64,000 nucleotides of DNA from the NCBI GenBank assembly GCA_963774265.1, contig CAVZDU010000001.1, forward strand, positions 640,001 through 704,000, in the 5' to 3' direction. This stretch comes from an uncultured Chloroflexia bacterium (GTDB lineage: Bacteria; Chloroflexota; Anaerolineae; CG2-30-64-16). The translations under genes were made by a program, and so were the position numbers. The number at the start of each line of letters is the position of its first letter. The first letter of the stretch is position 1. The notes under the pieces were generated by a model. That model made no database searches. It worked only from the letters and a program-made list of their open reading frames with translations, and was not told where the DNA came from. This document shows positions 52,252-63,141 of the stretch, one piece after another.

Positions 52252-53874
52252 ATGCCAACCCAGGTCGTTATGCCCAAGCTCGGTGAGTCGGTTGTCGAAG
52301 GCACCGTCGGTCGTTGGCTGATCCAGGAAGGGCCAGCCTGTCAAGGAGTACGAGCCCTTGCTCGCGGTGACGACGGACAAGGTCGACACCGAGATGCCCG
52401 CGCCTGCGACCGGCATCCTTCTGAAGATCTACGTGGCCGAAGGTCAGACCGTGGCCGCCGGCGCACTCCTGGCGGAGATCGGGGCGGACGGTGAACAGCC
52501 CGCAGGCGGTGTGGGGACCGCGGGTGACCATGGTGGCGGCGCCCCCGCATCCGCAGGGAAGGCGCAGCCAGTTGGCAGGGTCAGTGCCTCCCCCCTGGCG
52601 CAACGCCTGGCCGCGGAACACGGGATTGATCTGGCGGATGTGCCTGTTGTGGCCCCAGGCGGGAGAGTCACCAGGGAGGATGTGGAGGCCTTCCTCGCAG
52701 CGACCGGCTCGGCCGAGGAGGCCGATCTGAGGGCTTCCGGCCCGCGCAGCCTTGGCTTTATCTCGCCAGCCGTCGGGCGTCTGGCCGCCGAGCTCAGTGT
52801 GGACCTTGCCCAGGTGGTGGGCACGGGTGCCGGTGGGCGGATCACGAAGAAGGACGTCCTGGCTTACGTGGCGGCGCCTGCGCCGCGCGACGGAGAACCG
52901 TTGGGCCGCCCTTCGGCGGTCGAGGGCCTTCCTCCCTGGGAGCGCCCTGGCTCAGGAGATCTGTTCAAGCCTACCGAGGAGATAGGGGGTCGGGAGCCGT
53001 CTCCAGTGCTGCGCAGCGCACCGACCCCGGCGCTGGATTCTGAGCTGGTGCCCATGTCCGTGATCCGCCGCAGCATCGCGAAGCACATGGTGGTCAGCAA
53101 GCAGACCTCGCCGCACGTGACCACGGTCATGGAGGCCGATCTGACGCGCGTGGTGCAGGCGCGTGAGCGGCTCGCGGCGAATTCGAGCGCCAGGGTGTCC
53201 GCCTCACCTTCACGCCCTTCTTCGTCCAGGCGATCGTCGCCGGGCTGAAGGCCGTGCCTGAGGCAAACAGCACCTTCACGCGAGGACGCGCTGCTGGTTC
53301 ACCGGCGCATTCACCTCGGCATGGCGGTGGCGATCGCCGATGGGTCTGATCGTGCCGGTGATTCGCGACGCCGACGAGAAGAGTCTGCTGGGGCTGGCGC
53401 GGGCGGTCAACGATCTGGCGGAACGCGCACGGACGAAGCAGCTCGCGCCCGACGACGTGCAGGGCGGCACGTTCACGCTGACCAACCACGGCACGGCCGG
53501 CAGTCTGCTTCGCCACGCCGATCATCAACCAACCGCAGGCGGGCATCCTGGGCGTAGGCGCCATCCAGAAACGCGCGGTGGTGCTCACCAAGGGGCATCC
53601 GCTTCTGCCCGACGCCGAGGACGCCATCGCCATCCGGCCCATGGTCTATCTGAGCTTCACCTTCGATCATCGCGTGCTCGACGGCCGTAGCGCCGATGCG
53701 TTTCTGGCCGCAGTCGAGGCGTTTCTGGAGAACCTCCAGGGATCCGGGAGCGATGCTGGCGGCCCGCTCTATTCGAAACTCCGACCTACTGTTGTTTCGT
53801 TGCACAAAGCGGGCGGGCCTGCTACACTGCGATACCGTAATTGCGTTTACACATTCGCCGCAAAAGGAGCTTGA
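52252..53874 (+). CDS. bkdB: Dihydrolipoamide acyltransferase E2 (several frameshifts; true stop may be earlier)
   Basis: MPKLGESV, TDKVDTE lipoyl motif, two peripheral subunit-binding domains, GGTFTLTN and FDHRVLDG. Confidence 0.88.
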
Positions 53875-53880
53875 TCGACT

Positions 53881-55297
53881 ATGGCTGATGCCACTTCATA
53901 TGATGTCATCGTCATTGGCGGCGGGCCGGGCGGCTATGTGGCCGCCATCCGAGCCGCGCAGTTGGGCCAAAAGGTGGCCTGCGTCGAGCGCGAGAGCCTG
54001 GGCGGCGTCTGTCTGAACTGGGGCTGCATCCCCACCAAGTCGCTGTTGCGCAACGCCGAGCTCGCAAGCATCCTGACGAACGAGAGCAAGGAGTTCGGCT
54101 TCAGCTTCGACAACCTGAAGCTGGACTATGCTGTCGCGCAGAAGCGCAGCCGCCAGGTCTCCGACCGGCTGGTCAAAGGCGTCGGCTTCCTCTTCCGCAA
54201 GAACAACGTGACGCATGTGCAGGGCACGGCGACGCTGACCGGCACAAAACCAGGTGACGGTCGAACCGGCCGGCCAGGTGCTCGAGGCCAAGACGATCAT
54301 CATCGCCACCGGCGCGCGGCCGCGCTCTCTGCCCGGCATGACCATCGACGGGCAGAAGATCATCACCTACCGCCAGGCGTTGGAGCTGACGACGGTTGCC
54401 CCCAAGCGGCTGGTGGTCGTCGGCGCGGGCGCCATCGGCATGGAATTCGCCTACGTCTTCCGCTCTTACGGCGCGGAAGTGACCATGATCGAGATGCTGC
54501 CCCACGTCCTGCCGCTGGAAGATGAGGAAACCGCGGCCGAGGTCGCAAGGCGTTCAAGAAGCAGGGCATCAAGATGCTGGTCAACACCAAGCACCGAGGG
54601 CGTCGAGGCGACCGGCGCCGGTGTCACCGTGCGCGTGAAGGATCAGGCCACCAGCCAGGGCCAGACCCTCGAGGCCGACGTGGTGCTGGTCGCGATCGGC
54701 GTGCAGGCCAACACCGACGGCATCGGGCTGGAGGCAGCCGGCGTGCAGACGGACAAGCGCGGCTTCATCCCAGTGGACGAGTACATGCGGACCAACGTCC
54801 CCGGCGTCTACGCCATCGGCGACGTGACGGGCAAGCTGATGCTGGCGCATGTCGCCAGCGCGCAGGGCATCGTCGCCGCCGAGCACCTCGCCGGCCACGA
54901 AACCCGGCCGCTGCGCGACGCCGACTACGTGTTCATGCCGCGCTGCACCTACTGCAAGCCGCAGGTGGCCAGCCTGGGCTACACCGAGGCGCAGGCGAAG
55001 GAGAAGGGCTACGAGATCAAGGTCGGCAAGTTCCCCTTCATCGCCAACGGCAAGGCGCTGGGCCTGAACGAGAAGGAAGGCTTCGTCAAGATCATCGCCG
55101 ACGCGAAGTACGGCGAAATCCTGGGCGCGCACCTGGTCGGCCCCGAAGTCACCGAGCTGCTGCCCGAGCTGGCCCTGGCGCGCACATGGGAGCTGACGAC
55201 GGAAGAGATTGCCCGCACGGTCCATGCGCACCCGACCCTCTCGGAGGCGTTGATGGAGGCCGCGCACGCGGTGCAGGGTCAGGCAATCCATATCTAG
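53881..55297 (+). CDS. lpdA: Dihydrolipoamide dehydrogenase (frameshifted)
   Basis: [28 protein letters not shown] and HAHPTLSE motifs. Confidence 0.93.
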
Positions 55298-55381
55298 TTC
55301 CTTGCGACGGCCTCTGCCAGATGCTATACTGCGAGGAGATAGGACCGGCTGCGTCAAGCAGCCGGTGTAAATGAGTGAGTC

Positions 55382-56374
55382 ATGCAAGGTAAGGTAACAT
55401 TCGATCCGATCCCCCAGGAGCTGCAAGAGGTTAGTAAGCCGCGTAATGCACCGAAGCGTGCGCGGCTTGTCGAGCGGCCCGAAACGCCTGAGGCGACCGC
55501 TGGCCGGCGGCCTGACTGGCTCCGGGTCAAGCTCAGCCAAAACGACAGCTATTGGGAGATCAAGAAACTGATGCGCGGGCAGACCCTGCACACGGTATGT
55601 GAAGAGGCGTTCTGCCCGAATCTGGGGGAGTGTTGGAGCCGCGGCACCGCCACCTTCCTCCTCATGGGAGACATCTGCACTCGCTCGTGCAAGTTCTGCA
55701 ACGTCAAGAGCGGTAAGCCGCTGCCGCTCGACGAGGACGAGCCGCGCCGCATCGCGGAGTCGGTCCACCACATGGCGCTGCGCCACGTGGTGCTCACCAG
55801 CGTCGATCGCGACGATCAGCCCGATGGCGGCGCGCACATCTTCGCCAACACCATTCGGGAGATTCGCGGGTTCTTGCCCAACTGCACCATCGAAGTGCTG
55901 ATTCCTGACTTCAAGGCCGACCCCGATGCGCTGCGCCTGGTCATGGACGCGCATCCCGAGATTCTGAACCACAATACCGAGACGGTTCCGCGCCTATCGC
56001 GCACCGTTCGTCCGCAGGCGCGGCCTGAGCGCAGCCTGGCCGTCCTGCGGATGGCCAAGGAGATGGACCCCGCCGCGCTCACCAAGAGCGGTGTGATGGT
56101 GGGCCTGGGCGAGACGTGGGATGAGCTGTTGGAGGTGATGGACGAGCTGCGCACGGTGGATGTGGACATTCTGACGATTGGCCAGTACCTGCAGCCCACC
56201 AAGGACCACCTGCCCATCGAGCGATACTACCATCCCGATGAGTTTGATCAGTTGGCCGAGGAAGCCTACAGTCGTGGTTTCAAATGGGTTGAATCTGCAC
56301 CGCTCGTGCGCTCTTCGTATCATGCCGACGGTCAGGCGCGGATCATTCCGCCGCGCAATCCGGCCTCCTCCTGA
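55382..56374 (+). CDS. lipA: Lipoyl synthase
   Basis: [22 protein letters not shown] and VRSSYHA motifs. Confidence 0.96.
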   Translation: MQGKVTFDPIPQELQEVSKPRNAPKRARLVERPETPEATAGRRPDWLRVKLSQNDSYWEIKKLMRGQTLHTVCEEAFCPNLGECWSRGTATFLLMGDICTRSCKFCNVKSGKPLPLDEDEPRRIAESVHHMALRHVVLTSVDRDDQPDGGAHIFANTIREIRGFLPNCTIEVLIPDFKADPDALRLVMDAHPEILNHNTETVPRLSRTVRPQARPERSLAVLRMAKEMDPAALTKSGVMVGLGETWDELLEVMDELRTVDVDILTIGQYLQPTKDHLPIERYYHPDEFDQLAEEAYSRGFKWVESAPLVRSSYHADGQARIIPPRNPASS

Positions 56375-56396
56375 TTGACCCATAGATTGGAAGCCC

Positions 56397-57524
56397 ATGC
56401 AGATCCTCGCCGTCGACATCGGCACCGGCACCCAGGATATCCTGCTCTTCGATAGCGAGCGGACGCCTGAGAATTGCCTCAAACTGGTCATGCCCTCGCC
56501 CACGCTCCGGCTGAGCCAGCAGGTGCGTGCGGCGACTGCGGCGCGCGTGCCCCTCCTGATCACCGGTATCCTGATGGGCGGTGGCCCCGTTTCGTGGGCT
56601 GTCGAGGCTCACCATCGCGCCGGCCTGCCGATCCTCGCCACTCCCGACGCGGCGCGGACCTTCAATGACGACCTTGACGCAGTACAGGCCGACTTGGGCG
56701 TCGAGCTTGTCGACGACGCCGAGGCGGCCCGTCTCCTGGTGCGGAACAGCCACGCGCACATCGAGTTTCGCGATTTTGACTACGCGTCGATCCATCGGGC
56801 CTTCGGCGCCTTTGGCCTGAGCTTGCAGCCTGATGCGGTCGCGCTGGCTGTGTTCGACCATGGCAACGCGCCCCCGCACATCAGTGACCGCCAGTTCCGC
56901 ATGGATTATCTGGCCGAACGCCTCCGTCGCGACCGCCGTCTGAGCGCGCTGGCCTTTCGCGGAGATGCAGTTCCCACCGACATGACGCGCCTGGTCGCGC
57001 TGGCAGACACCGCGCAGGCCGACACCGGCGTTCCCGTCGTGGTCATGGACACGGCGCCCGCGGCGGTGCTTGGTGCGCTGGAAGATCCCGTTGTCGCCGC
57101 GCAGCCCGCCCCGATCGTCGTCAACATAGGCAATTTCCATACGCTCGCCTTCCAGTTCGCCCGGGGCAACTTCCTGCGCTTGTTCGAGCATCACACGGGA
57201 GAGCTGACCCAGGGCGAATTGGTGGCGTGGCTGCGTGCGCTGGCCGATGGCTCAATCCGCCACGAAGCGGTCTTCGACAACAAAGGCCACGGCGCGTTAG
57301 TGTTGGACGACGAACCCCAGGCGATGACGCATGTGGCAGTCGTCGGACCGCGGCGTGCGCTCCTGCGTGATGCAGGCCTGCCCGTCTACTTCGCGGTGCC
57401 GCATGGCGATCAGATGCTTGCCGGCTGCTTTGGCTTGCTGCGTGCCTGCGCAGATGTCGAGCCGTCCTGGCGCGAACCGATCGAGGCTTCTCTCGGTGGG
57501 AAGATCCACCGGAGCCTGTGGTAA
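56397..57524 (+). CDS. DUF1786 family protein (ASKHA-like fold)
   Basis: LAVDIGTGTQD, PSPT, MGGGP, FDHG, SDR, NIGNFHT, FEHHT and PHGDQMLAGCFGL motifs. Confidence 0.82.
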   Translation: MQILAVDIGTGTQDILLFDSERTPENCLKLVMPSPTLRLSQQVRAATAARVPLLITGILMGGGPVSWAVEAHHRAGLPILATPDAARTFNDDLDAVQADLGVELVDDAEAARLLVRNSHAHIEFRDFDYASIHRAFGAFGLSLQPDAVALAVFDHGNAPPHISDRQFRMDYLAERLRRDRRLSALAFRGDAVPTDMTRLVALADTAQADTGVPVVVMDTAPAAVLGALEDPVVAAQPAPIVVNIGNFHTLAFQFARGNFLRLFEHHTGELTQGELVAWLRALADGSIRHEAVFDNKGHGALVLDDEPQAMTHVAVVGPRRALLRDAGLPVYFAVPHGDQMLAGCFGLLRACADVEPSWREPIEASLGGKIHRSLW

Positions 57525-58030
57525 CGAATTCTGGGGAGGTTGCATTGGCGGATCCCGACACGATCAAAGCGATCATGCGCATGTTTAACTACGGCCTGTT
57601 CGTCGCCACCTGTTCGGGCGATGAGGGGCCGCGTGCTGCGACGGTGAGTTGGGCCGGCCAGGTCTCATTCGAGCCCAAGCAGATTGCTGTCGCGATGCGA
57701 AAGGGAACGAGCATCTGTGAGGGCGTGCAAAAGTGCGGCAGATTCGGCCTCCACGTAGTGGGCGAAAACCAGCCGGAGTTCGCACGTGCATTCTTCAAGG
57801 TGTCGCAGACCGGCCCGACTGAAATCGCGGGCTTTCGTTATTCGGTTTCACCCACTGGCGTCCCGATCCTCGGCGCGGCGACTGCGTGGCTGGAGTGCGA
57901 GGTGGTGGAACAAGCCGGCCATTCAGGCGATCATGTGGTCTTCATCGCTGCGGTGGTCGAGGGTGATATCCAGGCGCCGGGCATTCGGTCTCTGGCCTTG
58001 CGCGATACAGTGTGGCATTACGGAGGATAG
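57518..58030 (+). CDS. Flavin reductase family protein, copy 1
   Basis: YGLFV, QVSFEP, WLECEV, GDH and WHYGG motifs. Confidence 0.88.
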   Translation: MVTNSGEVALADPDTIKAIMRMFNYGLFVATCSGDEGPRAATVSWAGQVSFEPKQIAVAMRKGTSICEGVQKCGRFGLHVVGENQPEFARAFFKVSQTGPTEIAGFRYSVSPTGVPILGAATAWLECEVVEQAGHSGDHVVFIAAVVEGDIQAPGIRSLALRDTVWHYGG

Positions 58031-58082
58031 GGTGTAGGGGCGAAAAACACCTCACCCTACGCTTTCCAATGAGGAGGTGGTG

Positions 58083-58589
58083 ATGGCGCCGGAGATCCCC
58101 ATCGACGTGCGCGCGGAAGCGTTGCACCTCTTGTCGAACGGCGTTTACGTCTTGACCGCGGCAGTTACTGACGTGGTTCACGCGGCGACCGTCACGTGGG
58201 CCAGCCAGGTTTCGTTTCAGCCCGCGCTCGTAGTGGTCGCGCTGCGGCGCAACTCCTATTTGGCGCAGGCAGTGCGAAAAGCGCACCGTTTTGCACTGAA
58301 TGTCATGGCTGACGATCAGCAGGAGAACGTGGTCCGCTACTTCGAACACTACACCGGCCCCCTGGAAGGTGTACGTGGCTCTGAATCGCCCTTCCGCCTG
58401 ACCTTGGGCAAGTGTCCCTTGCTGACCGATGGATTGGGGTGGCTGGAGTGCAAGCTCGTGGCGGAGCCCCCCTCGCCCGGCGACCATGCGCTCATGCTGG
58501 GCGAAGTGACTGGTGCGGGTATCCGGCGTGAGGGCCGGCCAATGGTGTTGCGAGACACCCCATGGTCGTATGGTGGGTTGCGAGAATGA
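58083..58589 (+). CDS. Flavin reductase family protein, copy 2
   Basis: GVYVL, QVSFQP, WLECK, GDH and WSYGG motifs. Confidence 0.88.
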   Translation: MAPEIPIDVRAEALHLLSNGVYVLTAAVTDVVHAATVTWASQVSFQPALVVVALRRNSYLAQAVRKAHRFALNVMADDQQENVVRYFEHYTGPLEGVRGSESPFRLTLGKCPLLTDGLGWLECKLVAEPPSPGDHALMLGEVTGAGIRREGRPMVLRDTPWSYGGLRE

Positions 58590-58604
58590 GGACAGGGTAA
58601 CATC

Positions 58605-59801
58605 ATGACCTTACCCAACTTCCGTGCCGAGGCGGAGATCCTGGCCGCGCAACTAACTGCCTGGCGTCGCGATTTGCACGCGCACCCCGAACTGGCCTTC
58701 GAGGAGCACCGCACCGCAGGCATCGTGGCGGCCATATTGGGTGAGCTTGACTGCGAGGTACGAACCGGGGTGGGTCAGACAGGCGTGATCGGCCTCATCT
58801 CGGGCGGGAAACCCGGGCCCACGGTCATGCTGCGCGTCGACATGGACGCGCTGCCGATCAGCGAGATCAGTGAGGCGCCCTATGTCTCGCAGGTCGCAGG
58901 CGTGATGCACGCGTGCGGCCACGACGGCCATATTGCCATCGGACTGGGTGCAGCGACCCTGCTGGCGCGCCACGCTGCAGAGTTGCCCGGCCAGGTCCTC
59001 CTGCTCTTCCAGCCTGCAGAGGAGGGCCTGGGGGGCTCACGCGCGGTGATCGCCGACCGCGCGCTCGAGAACCCCTCGCCCGCGGCCGCGTTCGGATTGC
59101 ACCTGTGGAACACCATGCCGCTGGGCCGCGTGGTCGCACAGGCCGGCCCAATCATGGCCGCATCCGATGTGCTGCGCATCGTCATCCACGGCAAGGGCGG
59201 TCACGGCGCACTGCCCCACGAAGCAGTGGACGCGATTGCGGTCAGTGGCCAGGTATTATCTGCACTTCACACGATCGTCAGTCGCAATGTGGACCCCCAG
59301 GAGACGGCTGTGCTGACGATTGGTACGGTGCATGGCGGCGCCAAGTACAATGTGATTGCGGAGACGGTGGAAATGCAGGGCACGATCCGGACGTTTTCCG
59401 CCACGGTGCGTGAAACCGTCGTGACCCGTCTCAGGGTGCTGTTGGATGGAGTGACTGCCGGCTTTGGGGCTCGCTACACCCTGGAGATCCTGGATGTAAC
59501 GCGCGCGGTGATCAACGATCAGGCAATGGCGGAAATCGCGCGTAAATCAGCGATCCAGGTGGTGGGCGCCACGAATGTCGTCTGGCGGCCGCCGTTTATG
59601 GTGTCTGAAGACTTTTCTGAGTACGCAGAGCGCATGCCCGCGTGTTTCATGTTGCTGGGATCGGGCAATCCGGGTCTGGGGCTTTCGGCGCCCCATCACA
59701 GCCCGCGCTTCGACTTCGATGAAGATGCGCTGCCCTTGGGCGCCGCCTTATTGGCTGCAGTGGCGGCCAGATTCTTGCACGAGAGTGCGGCCAAGGGCTG
59801 A
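58605..59801 (+). CDS. M20 family amidohydrolase
   Basis: HAHPELAFEE, RVDMDALP, MHACGHDGH, FQPAEE, SEDF and HHSPRF motifs. Confidence 0.93.
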   Translation: MTLPNFRAEAEILAAQLTAWRRDLHAHPELAFEEHRTAGIVAAILGELDCEVRTGVGQTGVIGLISGGKPGPTVMLRVDMDALPISEISEAPYVSQVAGVMHACGHDGHIAIGLGAATLLARHAAELPGQVLLLFQPAEEGLGGSRAVIADRALENPSPAAAFGLHLWNTMPLGRVVAQAGPIMAASDVLRIVIHGKGGHGALPHEAVDAIAVSGQVLSALHTIVSRNVDPQETAVLTIGTVHGGAKYNVIAETVEMQGTIRTFSATVRETVVTRLRVLLDGVTAGFGARYTLEILDVTRAVINDQAMAEIARKSAIQVVGATNVVWRPPFMVSEDFSEYAERMPACFMLLGSGNPGLGLSAPHHSPRFDFDEDALPLGAALLAAVAARFLHESAAKG

Positions 59802-59849
59802 ACTGGTATCCTCAAGGGGGTTGTCCGCTAGTCCGCAGACTTAAAAATC

Positions 59850-59879
59850 GACGCCGCAGACAACGCTGTCTGCGGCGTC
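59850..59879. terminator. Hairpin between convergent genes
   Basis: GACGCCGCAGACA-ACGC-TGTCTGCGGCGTC, 13 bp stem. Confidence 0.7.
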
Positions 59880-59898
59880 TCGCAGTATTACGGCAGGA

Positions 59899-62022
59899 TC
59901 AGTCTTGCGGCCGCCTGGCCAGCGTCACCACAACCGTTTCCTCTTTTCCGTCGCGCAGGATGGTCAGTGTCAGGTCGTCCCCGGCCTGCTTAGCCTGGAC
60001 CACTTTCGTCAATGCGTCCATCGTCGCCACATCCTGGCCATCCGCGGCCACGATGAGGTCCGCATCCACCATGCGCCCTCTTCCGAGCCCCAGGCCCAGG
60101 CCAGCGCCTTTCAAGCCCGCTTTGGCCGCGGGGCTGTTGTCGGCGACGCTCAGGATCATGACGCCGCTCTGGTCGCCCCAGCCCATCATCTGCGCCATCT
60201 CGGCTGAGACAGAGACACCGTTGACGCCCAGCCATGCGCCGTCCTCAGCGGGCGCAGTCCGCGCCTCGGGCGTCACCTTGCTTTTTGGCTCCTCAGGGGT
60301 CGTCCGCGGTTGGGCAGGCTGTGCACCCTGCCCCGTCCCGGGCCGGATCGCCAGTTCCGCGGTCACGGTCTCTTCTTTACCGTCGCGCAGGATTGTCACC
60401 TCGATCTTGTCGCCGGCCTTCTTTGCCTGCACCGCGTTGACCAGTTCCTCGATGGTGGTGATCGTCTCGCCATCGACCGCAGTGATTACATCGCCACCGG
60501 CCATCAGCTGTTGCCCGTTCAGGTCAAGCGGCTGGTCGCTCCCGCGCAGGCCAGCCTGAGCTGCCGGGCTGTCCTCCACCACTTCGGCCACCAGCACACC
60601 GGCCTGCTCGCCCAGGTCCATCGCCTCAGCCATCGCAGGCGTTAACGTCATGCCGGTCACGCCCAGGTAGACGGTTCCTGTCCTCGGCGCGGTCTCTACC
60701 TCCGGCGTCGCTTCGGTTCGCGGCGTCACCGCGGTCTCGGTCTCGCTCGGCCGCGCGGCCAGCGTCACCGTCACGAACTGGACAACGCCGCTGCGCAGGA
60801 TGCTCAGATTGACCTTTTGGCCCACCCGGCCCTGGCGCGCCAGATACGTCGTCAGATCTTCAAAATCTCGGACCGTTTGGCCCTCGATTGCGGTGATCAC
60901 GTCGCCGCCAACTACCGTGTCGATGCCATCAATCTGCACCGCCTTAGTGGAACCCTCCAGCCCGGCCTTGGCCGCCGGGCTTCCCTCGGTCACTTCGGCC
61001 ACCAGCGCGCCGCGTGTGGTCGTGGGCAAGCCCATCGCCTCAGCGACTGCTGAGGTCAAGGTGCCGCCCCGGATGCCGATGTATGGGTGCTCGAACTTGC
61101 CGTTGAGGATCAACTCGGGCACGACCTTCTGCACGATGACAGACGGCACCGCAAAGCCGACGCCCGCAGAACTGCGCGTCGATGATTCGATCGCGGTGGG
61201 CACGCCGACCAGCCGGCCGGACATATCGAGCAGCGCACCACCCGAGTTGCCCGGATTAACCGACGCGTCCGTCTGGATGATGTCCGGGATGCTGTACGAG
61301 CCGCCCGTGGATAGCAGGGTGCTATTCACGGGGAGCGTGCGGCCCAACGCGCTCACAATACCGAAGGACATCGACCCTTCCAGGCCAAAAGGATTGCCGA
61401 TGGCGACAACAAACTGGCCCACCTTCAGTTGGGTCGAATCGCCCACGGTCAGGGGTTGGAGGTTGGTCGCCTTCTTCGGGTCCACTTTTATCACGGCCAA
61501 ATCGCTGTTCGCATCGCCGCCTACAAGCTCGGCAGGCACGGTCAGGCCGTCGGCGAAGGTGACCGAGATGCGGGTGGCGCCATCGACCAAATGGTTATTG
61601 GTCACGATGTGGCCTTGCTTATCCCACACAAAGCCCGATCCCAACCCCTCGGCGCCGAACCCTTTCGGCAAATCGGGTAATTGGGGTATGTCGAGGCCTT
61701 CCGGGACATCCGGCAGCATGGGCAGTGCATTAGTCTTGCCCATTACGACATTAACGTTCACGACTGAGGGTGAGACCGCCTCGTACAGGTTCGAGAGGGC
61801 GTTCTGCAGATCCAGGATCCCCGCGGGCACGTCCAGTATGACGGGCGCCGCCGGCTGTGTGCTCGTGACGGCCGTGATCGGTGTCGGGGTGGCCTCCGCC
61901 TGCGCGACCGGCGCAACGCTGCGGCCCAGGCTGAGGGTGCCGGACACAGCTCCGGGCAAGGCCGCGCAACCGCTCAAGCTCACCACGACGATGAGCGACA
62001 GCATCAGCATGACTTTCTTCAT
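59899..62022 (-). CDS. htrA: HtrA/DegP serine protease lipoprotein with three PDZ domains
   Basis: LSGC lipobox, TNNH, DLAVIK and NPGNSGG; three PDZ repeats ending T/SILRxG. Confidence 0.92.
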   Translation of the reverse strand: MKKVMLMLSLIVVVSLSGCAALPGAVSGTLSLGRSVAPVAQAEATPTPITAVTSTQPAAPVILDVPAGILDLQNALSNLYEAVSPSVVNVNVVMGKTNALPMLPDVPEGLDIPQLPDLPKGFGAEGLGSGFVWDKQGHIVTNNHLVDGATRISVTFADGLTVPAELVGGDANSDLAVIKVDPKKATNLQPLTVGDSTQLKVGQFVVAIGNPFGLEGSMSFGIVSALGRTLPVNSTLLSTGGSYSIPDIIQTDASVNPGNSGGALLDMSGRLVGVPTAIESSTRSSAGVGFAVPSVIVQKVVPELILNGKFEHPYIGIRGGTLTSAVAEAMGLPTTTRGALVAEVTEGSPAAKAGLEGSTKAVQIDGIDTVVGGDVITAIEGQTVRDFEDLTTYLARQGRVGQKVNLSILRSGVVQFVTVTLAARPSETETAVTPRTEATPEVETAPRTGTVYLGVTGMTLTPAMAEAMDLGEQAGVLVAEVVEDSPAAQAGLRGSDQPLDLNGQQLMAGGDVITAVDGETITTIEELVNAVQAKKAGDKIEVTILRDGKEETVTAELAIRPGTGQGAQPAQPRTTPEEPKSKVTPEARTAPAEDGAWLGVNGVSVSAEMAQMMGWGDQSGVMILSVADNSPAAKAGLKGAGLGLGLGRGRMVDADLIVAADGQDVATMDALTKVVQAKQAGDDLTLTILRDGKEETVVVTLARRPQD

Positions 62023-62106
62023 CTTACCTCCACATCAGGGGTCACACTCGCGCCGTTTACACGGCAAGCAAATACCTTAGGCGGCATTGGCCGTCTATTT
62101 GCGCCA

Positions 62107-62171
62107 ATTATAGCCCCAAGGCGCGAAAATAGCTTTAAAGGTCTGTAAGGGATAGCTTAAAGGAAGATTAA
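62107..62171 (-). promoter_or_regulatory. htrA promoter: TATAAT plus phased TAA repeats over the -35 region
   Basis: Minus-strand TATAAT at 62107-62112; TAA cores at 62136, 62146, 62158 and 62169. Confidence 0.5.
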
Positions 62172-62381
62172 CACCGGAGCCTTAACGCGCGAGCACCGAG
62201 GCTGCCCTTACCTCGGTGCTCATCAAAAGGAGGAGAAGGAGAGAACTCTTTTTTTCATCTCTCGTGCGATAGTGTAACATGACTGAGCGTACAATACTGG
62301 ACGTTACCCCCATGAAATAGATACTTCTTTTTAACGTTAACCCTACGCTTACCCTACGATTATCATACGGAGGCCTTGCAG

Positions 62382-62834
62382 ATGAGCGCGGATGACGGAC
62401 AAAATTGCGACGTGGAGATTCTGGAACCAGGAGACTATGCGGACATTCTGGCGTTGTGGGGCCGTGCGGGGCTGCCTGCACGCCCCGAAGGCCGCGATGC
62501 GCCGGAAGCTTTTCGACGTCAACAGGAATCCGGCCTCCAGCGCAGCCTGGGAATCCGGGTGGATGGTCAGCTCGTGGCCGTGGTCATCCTCACGCACGAT
62601 GGCCGCAAAGGCTGGATCAACCGGCTCGCCGTAGACCCGGCGTATCGCCATCGCGGTTACGCCAGCCAACTGGTTGCAGCCAGTGAACGTTGGTTCACCG
62701 ACGAGAACGGCATAGAGGTGATTGCAGCGCTGATTCATGCACATAACGGCGCCTCGCGGATGCTGTTCGACGCGCTGGGCTATGAAGTGACCGATGTGGT
62801 CTACGTGCGCAAGTTGGCTCGGCCAGGCGCGTGA
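62382..62834 (+). CDS. GNAT acetyltransferase
   Basis: THDGRKGWINRLAVDPAYRHRGYA and NGASRMLF motifs. Confidence 0.88.
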   Translation: MSADDGQNCDVEILEPGDYADILALWGRAGLPARPEGRDAPEAFRRQQESGLQRSLGIRVDGQLVAVVILTHDGRKGWINRLAVDPAYRHRGYASQLVAASERWFTDENGIEVIAALIHAHNGASRMLFDALGYEVTDVVYVRKLARPGA

Positions 62835-62939
62835 CGTGTGCAACTAAACCGTGAGCGCTGCGTAGAGTAGGGTGAAAGAGGCGAGCACCGGCCCACCATG
62901 GCCCCCGCATAGCTCGCCAACATGGAGGGAGATTTCACC

Positions 62940-63131
62940 ATGGAAGGCAAGAAGCTCTATCGCAGCAAGACTGACAAGATGATCGCCGGCGTATGCGGCG
63001 GATTGGCCCAGTATTTCGGCGTCGATACGACGCTGGTCCGACTGATCTTCGCCCTGTTAGTTTTCTTCGGCGTGGGTTCGGGCCTTGTGCTCTACATCGT
63101 TCTGGCCATCGTGATGCCGCTGGAACCGTAG
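62940..63131 (+). CDS. pspC: PspC domain protein
   Basis: [25 protein letters not shown] motif. Confidence 0.92.
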   Translation: MEGKKLYRSKTDKMIAGVCGGLAQYFGVDTTLVRLIFALLVFFGVGSGLVLYIVLAIVMPLEP

Positions 63132-63141
63132 GGAGGTGTAC

